Positions 52,946-64,000 of a DNA stretch of 64,000 nucleotides are shown here, in pieces. Made by a program: the position numbers and the translations under genes. Numbering within the stretch: position 1 is the stretch's first letter; every line of letters begins with the position of its first letter. A model generated the notes under the pieces. The model did not search any database. It had not been told where the DNA came from and saw only the letters and a program-made list of their open reading frames with translations. Origin of the DNA: Octopus sinensis. Lineage: Eukaryota. The stretch is from assembly GCF_006345805.1 (NCBI RefSeq), contig NC_043010.1, positions 4,216,001 to 4,280,000 on the forward strand, in the 5' to 3' direction.

Positions 52946-53742
52946 GGTTTTACTGCCCTCTTCTCTTGAGCTGCACACCAGGCCATACTGGAGGCTCTGT
53001 TTTGGAAACTTAAGCACCTATTAGGGAATAAAGACCACACAACTACATTGATAGCTAAATGAAGATAGAGATTACTGGCATAATGAGGTGAAACCAGGGA
53101 TGAATTAGCAGTATTATAGGATCTCAGGCTTAGCAATGCTCAGGGACCCCTATATGCACCACCACAGTATACATACACTAACATTAGGTCACTTGATCTG
53201 TGAGGCCTATAGTCAACAGTCCAGTGTGCCCATACATCAACCTTTTAACATTTAAACTGACCACTTCTGGCTCAAATATTCTACCTGTTTAATGTTCATA
53301 CTTGCCAGATACAACCTCTCACACTTACCTTACAATGTCATTCTAAATATAAACAATCACCTCAGGTAAAGCTTGAAGCCATGAGATAATGTTCAATTAA
53401 TCCAAAATAATGTGAATAAATAAATATTACATTTGACAGTAATCTAAATTGTAAAGGATTAAGATTGAAGTGGATGAAATACATTTTGGTTGTGGCTACT
53501 TAAAGAAGACGAGATCATTATGATAAACAAAAGTGCTTTAGTACTGGTTGAGTGCTAACCTCAGTTGTTTTTCAGAAGAAGTTATTTCTGATGAGAACAG
53601 TGGTGTAGTCTAATAGAGTTTTACTTCTCATCTGTTTAGCACTTGTGAAACAAGATAAAAACACATCCTACAAACCCCAGTTTTCAGAAATGTTAGCTCA
53701 AATTCACATCAGCTATTAATGAAAATGACACATTGTCCATAC

Positions 53743-53890
53743 CTGCTAAAGTTTCATAATGTACTGTATTTTCTTCATTCCAGCCAGTCCCACTTTCAGC
53801 ATTTGAGAGTGTTGGTATTTCATTAAAGTGGTCATGAACCATCAACATATGTTCTTCTTCTTTATTCACACCAGATGTCACTGTTGCTTC
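53743..53890 (-). CDS. Internal coding exon of the same gene (EATVTSGVNKEEEHMLMVHDHFNEIPTLSNAESGTGWNEENTVHYETLA)
   Basis: CTTTAG| acceptor, CAG|GTATGG donor, 148 nt (phase 0 to phase 1), open frame; joins G|CT to the 48946 exon. Confidence 0.7.
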
Positions 53891-55876
53891 CTAAAGACTC
53901 ATGGTCATACAAAGTAAAAATTAGACAAGAATTAACTAATATGATATAGTAATTAGTAAAGTTATGAAGCAATATATCGAGGAAAATAAGCTTGTTTATA
54001 TTTTAATATCATCATTTTGTTTTTTTAATTATAAGGTATTAAGATTTATTCTGGAAAAAAGAAAAAAAATGTAAAATAAAGTATTTTGTAATTACATGAA
54101 TATTTTCATAAAATCAAGTTTTTGTCTTAGTTTGCTTCACAGAATTTTTCAAACCACATTCAAGTCTGATCATTCCAGTTAGCACAACATGCACGTCATT
54201 AATTTTGAAAGAGTATATTTATGATGTTGTACGACGTATAAAATATGCAGAACATTGGTGGCAGTGGGAGTAGGTAGTAAATATGCAAATAAATGAGTAA
54301 ATAAATATATCAATGCAATTAAATAACTTGAAAATTAACTTTTGTAAACAACTAATTAGAACTTATCATCCTTCTCGTGTACACATGGCTGTGCCATGCT
54401 GTTTTCAAGACTTGTTTGTGTGTCTGTTTACCATTCCTTTTATCCTCTTTCTAAAAACTCATCTTTATTAATGTTCTGCCTTATGGGACCAGCTTTGTGC
54501 ATCTGATTTCTCTATTGTGTTGTTTAGTTCTGTGAAGCATTTTCCTTTTACTTATTACTCTCCCGTCTATCTCTTTCTCTTGCTCTTGTTCTTTCTCACT
54601 TATCACATACACATGCACAACACAAACACACATGCACACACACACAAATACACACACACACATGCTCGCTCACACGTATATGCAAATAAATTCATGTAAG
54701 ATTTTCTTGCACATTTCAAGGTATTCCCCAAGGTCCTTCTTTAAACATGAGTATTTTAGTTACAGCCATCATCAGAATGTCTTCTCACAGGGCATACATA
54801 ATCCTATTTTTCTGTCAAACAACAATTATTGTAATTATTTCATTGTTTATACATTTTTAGTTTACTTCCATTTTTTTTTTTATATAAATTTTATTTTGTT
54901 ATATATCTTTAGATCTATCTACATTTCAAAGTGTTCTAGCTAACCTTGGTCTAGTGTTTACTCAACTAGCGCCTTGTTAAATGAAGAAGATAGATGTTCA
55001 ATTCTGTTCTGTTCAGCTATTCTATATGCATGATATTCTTGTACTACGATCATGTACAAATAAATAAATAAATAAAAATAAAAATAAAAATAAAAATAAT
55101 GGGGAAAAAAAATAAATAGAAGAATTTCCATTAAATTTCATGTAGTAAATTACATTCTTGAACACATGACTGAAGAATTGTCTGCTATTTGTATTTCTGT
55201 ATATCTTTCGTAGACTAACACTCAAACTGCAGAACAGCCGAACATTTAGTTTCTATAAAAGCAGAGAATTGGAGTGGGCTTTCATGGAAATTATTTTTTA
55301 AAATTAAAAAAAAACAACAAAAAGTGAAATAAAAAAATACATAAACTACTAAATATCATTATTCTATGCAACCACAGATATATTAGCCTGAATGACGAGG
55401 AAGTATATGATGTATCCTCTTATTTCTTTCTTGAGAATACATGCAGAGAGAGAATAAAAGAAAGATTAAACAAAATATCTTTGGAGATTTCTGGCAGTCA
55501 ATATATATTACTAACTTGAAAAAAAAAAAAAAAAAAAAAAGGAAAAAAAACTATCAATGTTTGAAAGAAAAGCAGAGATGACTCTTCTGGTTTACAGTAA
55601 CTATATAACTATCACATTGATATTTAAGACTGAACTGCACGTTGTAAAAGATATGTTAGATATATGTTCACTACTCAGCAAAATTTCTTGAAATATTTTA
55701 TTGTTTGTCTTTGATTCAATATTTTTTTTTATTGTCCAGTGACAATAGTATGTCTTAAAATTCTAAAACGGGTGATCAAAAGACTATAAGGAGCTGTAAA
55801 GTCTGCAAGAAATAACAATCAAATCCCTCGCAGATTACTCCCACCATAATCAGGATTGATTCGTTGGATAACGTAA

Positions 55877-56262
55877 TCTTTATATATAAAAGTGAGGTTG
55901 TGTGCTGTCTGTCTCCTACGATTTAGATTCCTAACTACTCCCACATTTTGCGGTGCAGTTTAACCAAAACCGGGTATCTTATAGTTGTGATTCATATTGA
56001 GCCCTTCTGGGTATTAGAGCGCGTCTACGATTTAAAAAAAATTTACCATCAATTTTTCCCATTTTTAATGCATTTTTGGCATATATAAGGGAAGTAACTC
56101 TCTAAAAATTTATTATTAAATCTCAGAACGTAAAAAGCTACAGTAACACCCCCCCCCTTTGTGGTTAGCCATATTGAGATGGCTATTATACTTTACATCG
56201 CTAAAAATGCTTATATAGTTATTTCCCTTACAAACCCGAGCAACGCCGGGCGATACTGCTAG
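55877..56262 (+). mobile_element. Non-autonomous Helitron
   Basis: A|TC start, subterminal hairpin CCCGAGCAACGCCGGG, CTAG|T end, no TSD. Confidence 0.88.
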
Positions 56263-56799
56263 TCTTAAATATACTGAAAATAAAACCAGATGGTCATAAC
56301 TGGAACCTTAATTATATGTCACCTTGATCAGAATAGACCTAGTTGGATAAACAATGACAAGTAAATTGATTACAAGGATCTGTCTTGGCTATATGGTTGT
56401 TGAGTTTGCTTTGTTACCATCTAGTGTCAATTTTTATTTCACTGAGACATAGAAGACTCCTTAGGCAAGTGTCTTCTACGTAGCCTTGGGCTGACTGATG
56501 CCTTGTGAGTGAAACTGATAGACTGTAAATATAAGCATGTCAAATTTATGTACATGTGCATATGTCTGTTTGTATGTATGGATCTATGTACGTTTTTGTG
56601 GATATGTATGTATGATGTGTGTGTACATGTTTTTCTCTGGGATTCTTAAGAGAAGGCAAGCTTGTAACTAACAAAGTAACAAGTTTTTTTGAGTTAAGAG
56701 ATTTCCTGGTGTTTGGAAATAGGTGGTTGAGTTGGTATGTTGATTAAATTGTCAATGCAACCAAGTGTGTACAGCTATTCATATAAAGAATCTCAGCGG

Positions 56800-57740
56800 G
56801 AGAAACTTTGGAATGTCATACAAATTTTTACTGTGCCACTAATAGATTGCATTTGAAGACTGAATATCAATTTCTTTTGCTCTTTCTTCAAAAAAAAAAA
56901 AAAAACTTAGTCTTTCTAGTTTTTTTGTGGAAATCTGTAGATATGCCTACTCCAATGCACCTATGATGATTGATACAAAAGAAAATTCATAGTCAGGGTA
57001 CAAAAGCTGTGAGTTCCACATTAGCTGACTATAAATGTTCTCTTTTTTTTTTCCCTTGGATTTCGATGATACATTTATATTATTTGGGCAGCTGATCCCT
57101 ACAGCAGTGAATCATTTTTGTTCCCTATCCCACAGAACAGTATCAGGCGTGCAGTGTTGACACCAGATTGCTTTTTTATTGGAGTATTCCATCAGTATTC
57201 CTTGTTTTTAAAGGTATAAATACATTCTGATTCTGGCATGTCTTTAATGTGTCCGTCAATGCAATCCTTCCTACAGATAGCATTGTAAATGGTTTTTACA
57301 ACTATGTCACGTCTCAAGTGTAGGTTGTATATTCGGTTGTATATTCGGAGCAACTGCTAATATCCTCCACACTGGTAGAGTATAGCAGGCACTTTGTATC
57401 ACAATGTTAAGATTTGGTAGTATCTTTGTTACTCTTGTTTATCAGGTATCTAGTAACTATCCCCTGTTTCTGGATAGCAAAGGCATATCCTTCAAGGTAG
57501 GATATAATGTATCTATTGCAAATTCAGGAGAGGCTACTCTTCCTGTCAACGTTGTTGTTATCCTCGAGCTCAGTGGATATGTTCCAATGCATTACTTTTA
57601 ACTGGTATGATGCTTGTGTCTCTTCTAAGCCTCTGTTTAGGTAGGCCAGTCCAGCCTCCCTTACTCTGAAGATGTTCTTACTTTCACTTTTGAGTATGCA
57701 TATAATGTACTCATTTCTTTCTTTACTGTTCAGCAGATGT
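56800..57740 (-). mobile_element. R4/Dong-clade non-LTR retrotransposon remnant (RT C-terminus, zinc knuckle, restriction-like endonuclease)
   Basis: LEGYAFAIQKQGIVTRYL; degenerate knuckle KCLLYSTSVEDI..C; LRRDIVVKTIYNA (RHD-like); CTPDTVLWDREQK (PD motif); ENIY..L..QLLYPDYEFSFVSIIIGAL. Ends approximate. Confidence 0.82.
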
Positions 57741-58750
57741 CTGTGTGATACAATGTGACATTCAAACTTTATTTGTATGTATGTATGTGTATATATGCAT
57801 GCATATATGTGTATGTATATATGCATACATGTATGTTTGCATGTACATATGTATGTATTATTGTGTGTAAATATATGTATGTGTGTGTGTGTTAAGGTGT
57901 GTTTACTGTATATATGTGTGCATATTAGTTTAGATTCCATCTCCTTGCATGAAAAATGTTAAGCAAAAAGAAAAAAAAAAGAAATGAAAATGATGATTTG
58001 TTGACATTCCTTGTTAACAAACCATTCCATAGCTGTGACCTTTTGAAGACATGTAGAATCGGAAAAAATTCCATTACTTGAAAAAGAGATAAGAGTTAGC
58101 AATGTGAAGAGCATCCAACTGTAAAACAATGCCTCAGTACATATTCATCCAACCCATGCTAGCATGGAAGATAGGCATAGAATAAATTCTTTTATTCTTT
58201 TACTTGCTGCAGTCAGATGACTGCAGCCATGCTGGAGCACTGCCTTTAGTCGGGCAAATTGGGCCCAGGACTTATTCTTTGTAAGCCTTATTCAACTTCA
58301 GGGGAGGGATAAGTCGATTACATCGACCACGGTAGTTCTTTTATTGACCTTGAAAGAATGAAAGGCAAAGTCAACCTCGGCAGAATTTGAACTCAGAACG
58401 TAAAGACAACAAAATGATGCTAAATATTTTGCCTGCTTTCCCTAATGATTCTGCCAGCTTGCCATGCATGCATGCACACACACACACACTCAGAGATAGA
58501 TAGATCTATAGATATGTATTTTGGAGTGTGTTTATATTCCTGAAGTTACATGACATGTTGTGAGTGGCAGAGAGGGCCTGCAGTATTAAAAAAATACATT
58601 AATAATATGGATACATCAAACTTGTTTTAGCATGGAACAAAATGGATGTAAAAATGAATATATGTGTACTTACACACACACACACACATATATACATACA
58701 TACATGTATGTATGATATGTATTCAACAGATAATAATTGTATATATATGC

Positions 58751-59149
58751 TGGCTGTGTGGTAAGTAGCTTGCTAACCAACCACATGGTTGCAGGTTCAG
58801 TCCCACTGTGTGGCATCTTGGGCAAGTGTCTTCTGCTATAGCCCCGGGCCAACCAATGCCTTGTGAGTGGATTTGGTAGACGGCAACTGAAAGAAGCCAG
58901 TCGTATATATGTATATATATATATGTATATGTCTGTGTGTGTTTGTGTGTCTGTGTTTGTCCCCCTAGCATTGCTTGACAATTGATGCTGGTGTGTTTAC
59001 GTCCCCGTCACTTAACGGTTCGGCAAAAGAGACCGATAGAATAAGCACTGGGCTTACAAACATTAAGTCCCGGGGTTGAGTTGCTCGACTAAAGGCGGTG
59101 CTCCAGCATGGCCGCAGTCAAATGACTGAAACAAAGAAAAGAGTAAAGA
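58751..59149 (+). mobile_element. Composite CORE-like SINE
   Basis: Family match. Confidence 0.9.
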
Positions 59150-59225
59150 TATATATATACATATATATACATACGTACATACATATATATATATGTATAT
59201 AAATATATATTATTTTATTCTGTTA

Positions 59226-59546
59226 TTTGTTTCAATCATTTGACTGTGGCCATGCTGGAGCATTGCCTTTAGTCAAGCAAATAGACTCCAGGACTTATTC
59301 TTTGTAAGCCTAGTACTTATTCTATCAGTCTCTTTCACTGAACTGCTAAGTTGCGGGGCCGTAAACACACCAACATTGGTTGTCAAACGATGATGGGGGA
59401 ACAAACACAGACACACAAACATATAGACATACACACCTATATGTACACACACACACACACATATATATACAATGGGCTTCTTTCAGTTTCCGTCTGCTAA
59501 ATCCACTCACAAGGCTTTGGTCAGCCCGAGGCTATAGTAGAAGACA
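59226..59546 (-). mobile_element. Composite CORE-like SINE, 5'-truncated, tail-to-tail with the previous copy
   Basis: Family match on the minus strand. Confidence 0.88.
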
Positions 59547-60235
59547 GGTGCTGATACAATGCAATGTGATTGAATCTTGAAGCAAACATCTTAACCAAAC
59601 AGCCAAGCTTAAGCCATTTTTATACTACTGTGTTTGTGATTTATATCACCTTTCCATACATTGAGTAGATCTTTGATTCACTGGTGATTCAAATCTCCCC
59701 AATCTTTCTGACTATTTAACAAATTATTTTGAGAAATATATAAAAGTTAAATCTCTCTACCAGGAGAATGATATATAATAAAATACTTCTCAAAGCAAAC
59801 AGGACAGGATATATCTTATTTCAACCATTCTCAGAGACAAATTCTTTATTGCTTCATGTTGAAAATTTATGGAAGAAAGCTCCACATAATTATATTCAAT
59901 ATCTTAGAAATGGACCTGAACTGCAATACATATGTCTCTTATTTGTTATCAAATAGCATTGAAGTATAAAAGATTTTTTTTCTATTTCTTGCAACTCAAG
60001 CATTATGTGACACAGAGTATACTAGCTTCTGTAAATTATGCATTATCATTCACATATTTCACAATTCAACATATAGGGGTATATATTTAAATGTGTGTGT
60101 GTATGTATATATAGGGAGAGAGATGCCTGTATATACGTACATATATATATAAACACATGCACACATGAGTACGAATATAAACACATACACATACTCATAT
60201 ACATATATATATATTCATATACAGTGAAAGAGATA

Positions 60236-60284
<49 letters not shown>

Positions 60285-63200
60285 ACACACACATACACAC
60301 ACGTATGATGAGGTACATGGTTTAGTGGTTAAGGTGTTCTATTTGTAATCCTAAGATTGTGGATTCGATTCCTGGTCAGGCAATGTGTTGTGTTCTTGAA
60401 CAAAACACTTCAATTCAATTCGCTCCAAACTACTCAGCCAGCAGAAATGAGTTGTGCTGTCACAGACAGGCATACTATCAGAGGAAGAATATATGCACCA
60501 TAGAATCCAGTGAACCAGCCTTATGAGCCTATTGCTTTGACAGGACCTTTGAGATATAGAGAATTACAAATACGAATATAATACGAGATAACGAATTTTA
60601 AATATTCTAACGGCCAGCTTGCCTGACTTCAGTTCGATTTTTGCTGTAGCGAGGAGATATAAGTGGAAATTGACGATTTAATAGTCTGTTATCAGCATAT
60701 TGGCTTTGAAATAATTTTCTTTAGCCCTTACTTATAAGTTGTTTATAATTTTAACCGTAAAGGTATTTTAATATGCTGCCACATTTCTTGATGGAATTTT
60801 TTTCTGTAGAGAAAAAAACTTCATCCTATATTAGTAGCAATTACAAATACATGTATCTTTATATCTAGTAGTTATGAGGTTAAGAAGTTTGCTTCTTGAA
60901 CACATGAATTTGGTTCCTTGGTTGACATCTACTGTGGTTCTGTACTGCCCAGTGCCTCATGAGAGATTTTGGTAGATGGAAAGTGTGTCTGTGAATATTT
61001 ATAATCTGTGCTGAGCCACAGCTACCAACACTGTTTACTTCAAATAAGACAAGTGTTCCCTCTTTGGGGACATTTGTTGACGTTTCCTATCAACAAATCC
61101 TTCATTATCTCTGCACTTTCGAATTCCTTTAGAATGAAAAATCCTTTGCAAAAGCTGGTGGGTATTGGTAACAAAAAGAGTATACAGATGTAAAAATCCT
61201 ATCACAATCGATGCTAACGTGGAAAAATGGCCATTAAATGAAAGAATGAATAAATATGTTAGTGAATCTGTTTGTCTGTGTGTGTTTGTGTATATGTGTA
61301 TGTGTACATACACACACTCATATATATATTTATAACAGACAGTTAAATATTAAGCTTCAAGAAATGCTTTTTTATTTCATTAAAAGTCATATTTATGTAG
61401 TTTCCTCTCTTATGTATTTATGTATGTATGTATTTATGTATGTATTTATGTATGTATGTATGTATGTATGTATGTATGTATACATACACATGCATATATA
61501 TTACATATACATGTATGTATATATATGTATGTGTATATATGTATGAGTGTATATATAAACACACCCACACACTCATATATATACATATATATGTATATAT
61601 ATATATTTATTTATGTATTTATATATATATATTTATTTATTTATGTATTTATATATATATATATATTTATATATTTATTTATTTATGTATTTATATATAT
61701 ATATATTTATTTATGTATTTATATATATATATATCATCCAATTTTCTATCTCGCAATATACAATCTAGTATAATGCCATTACATAATACTTAAAATTGCT
61801 TTAATGACAAGAATATTCTATTTGATTTCCAGAATATCTTTTCACTACGACTAAGATTTGAGGATTTTTCTCATAATACATCATATGCCAAATGTAAAAA
61901 TCATTATCTTTCTACATATCTGTATTAGTCTCTGCAGAAATTTTTCAATAGCTGGCCAATGTAATGCATTATGGTATTCCCTCAGACTTATTCTTCTGGA
62001 CTTAATACTTTCACTTTATTTTATACCTGAAAACGAAACTATTAATGTGAACATTTTTGCCTATCTATACCTCTCAGTTTATATAGCTCATCTTCTGGTG
62101 CAAGCGGTTGATTTTTATCACTGCCCGTCTATCATAATTTGTCAATTTCACTAAATCCATAGCTATTTCTTTAACTTTTCTGGTAAGGTGGCAGAAGGCG
62201 GGGCTAGGTGTCATAAGGCTGCTTACACAGTTTGCATGGTATATGAATGACTGAGGTTAGAACACTCCTCTGAATTTTTGAAGGCAGGGAGTTGTTCAAT
62301 TACATTGATTCCCCAGTTCTTCACTGACACTTTTATTTTATTGACCCCAAAAGGATGAAAGGCAAAGTTGACCTCAGCCAGATTTGAACTCAACAAGTAG
62401 AGAACCGGAAGAAATGCTGCTAAGCATTTTGTCCAACATACTAACAATTCAGCCAGCTCACAGTAATTAACTATTTTTTGGATGAATCCACATTTCTTTT
62501 ACATTCTTTTATATTTTTCCTTATAACTTCTTTTATGATATTCCAGAGAATGTTTCCTTTTAAAAAATTATCTTTTAATAACATCCCTTTTTGTTCTCTT
62601 CTAATCTTGCTCACCTCCCAAAATATATATATATTCACAAATATTTTCTTATACAAACTGGATGATTCTATCGCTATTTGTAAATCCTATATCATTAAGA
62701 ATTTATTTGCATTTCAGATTCAAATATTTTCCTTCATACTAACTAATGAACATTTAATCTATTAAAATTTATTCGCACTTTTGCAGAAGAGGAAATTATC
62801 TTGAGAAGCATTTTTTTCTTTTTTCTTTTTGGTTTTTGGTTTTATTCCTGTTTGATGAAGTTAAGGACATTCTACACGTACTTGGTCTCATCCAGATTGT
62901 GTTTAAATAAACATTTACATACATTCATCATATATTCATGCATGCATGTATCTAGATACATCACACAAAAGTGATAGAAGATGCATTATAATGTAGTTAA
63001 ATTATTTTAGCAAGAAATTAAACTCTTTTAAATTCAAACTAAAAGTTCTATCTAATATTATATTCTTATTTAGTGAAATCAAGTGGAATTTTAATGTAAA
63101 TTCTAGATAATATATACTTTATGGGATTTTAATGATTTTTTTTTTATGGATTTCATTTATTGACCCATGACAATGCTGGGCATAACCTTAAAGAATTTTA

Positions 63201-63338
63201 GTCAATTACAAGTATTTATTCTATTTCTTTCTACTTAGGTTTTCCCTATTTTGGAGTATAAATAGACATAAATCAACATGATAAGTTTACATCAGTACAA
63301 ATCACACATCAGTTTCTGAACATACATACATACATACA

Positions 63339-63391
<53 letters not shown>

Positions 63392-63543
63392 CATCATCAT
63401 CATCGTTTAACGTCCATTTTCCATGCTAGCAACTTTTTCTCACTCTTTCTTCCTGTTTCTGTTGTACTTGTATTTCAAAGGGACCAGCCTTGTCACACTC
63501 TGTGTCACGGAAAAATTTCCCAGAGAACTACCACGGAGTGCCA

Positions 63544-63579
<36 letters not shown>

Positions 63580-63598
63580 CTTTTTTTTAAATTTTTTT

Positions 63599-63761
63599 CT
63601 TGTTTCAGTCATTTGACTGTAGCCATGCTTGAGCACCACCTTTGAACAAATCGACGCCAGGACTTATTCTTTGTAAGCCTAGTACTTATACTATCGATCT
63701 CTTTTGCCGAACCACTAAGTTACAGGCATACTGACATTGGCTGTCAAGTAATGGTGGGGGA

Positions 63762-63809
<48 letters not shown>

Positions 63810-63969
63810 ATGGGCTTCATTCAGTTTTTGTCTGCCAAATCCACTCACAAGGCTTTGGTTGGCCTGAGGGTATAGCAGAAGATGCTTGCCCAAGGTGCCA
63901 TGCAGTGGGACTGAACCCAGAACCATGTGGTTGAGAAACAAAATTCTTACCACACAGCCACACTGCACC
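63599..63969 (-). mobile_element. Composite CORE-like SINE, older copy
   Basis: Family match with more substitutions. Confidence 0.85.
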
Positions 63970-64000
63970 TATATATATTTATACACACACATATATATAT

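Noticed and set aside
54743-54780. Minus-strand ACATT-CTGATGA-TGGCTGTAACT-AAAA-TACTC-ATGT
   Set aside because: G12 is missing and stems II and III are poor; not distinguishable from chance.
57404-57601. Plus ORF YNVSIANSGEATLPVNVVVIL, resembling an integrin-alpha strand
   Set aside because: It is the antisense of the R4/Dong retrotransposon remnant.
61600-61735. Short tandem units TTTATTTATGTATT(TA)n
   Set aside because: Compound microsatellite slippage with no unique spacers.
62060-62190. Minus frame MDLVKLTNYDRRAVIK, resembling a mariner N-terminus
   Set aside because: Short match only; no TIR or downstream transposase motifs found.

Overview
AT-rich, repeat-dominated eukaryotic DNA, inferred to be octopus (coleoid cephalopod) from its (TA)n/(CA)n/(TATC)n microsatellites and tRNA-headed SINE families. 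Almost all ORFs in the supplied track are microsatellite translations. Mobile elements: three decayed mariners (two full-length with TIRs, one strongly Hsmar1-like), a non-autonomous Helitron, hAT and piggyBac-type MITEs, CR1, RTE and R4/Dong LINE remnants, and more than 12 copies of a composite SINE. Genes: the best evidence is two phase-compatible minus-strand exons (53890-53743 and 48946-48666) encoding an unrecognised C-terminal tail with a VxYxxL motif and a KPLPAIP motif; several other splice-bounded exon candidates are weaker. Two unannotated structures stand out. One is four dispersed minimal type I hammerhead-ribozyme-like motifs of different sequence (16943, 26970, 39877, 45664), of the kind known from Penelope-like elements. 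The other is a cluster of five long foldback palindromes between 33 and 44 kb, each touching a (TA)n tract, one of which is folded back at a hammerhead. A 611-bp near-perfect tandem duplication bounded by poly-A tracts is also present. No database searches or folding programs were run; family assignments rest on motifs recognised by eye.
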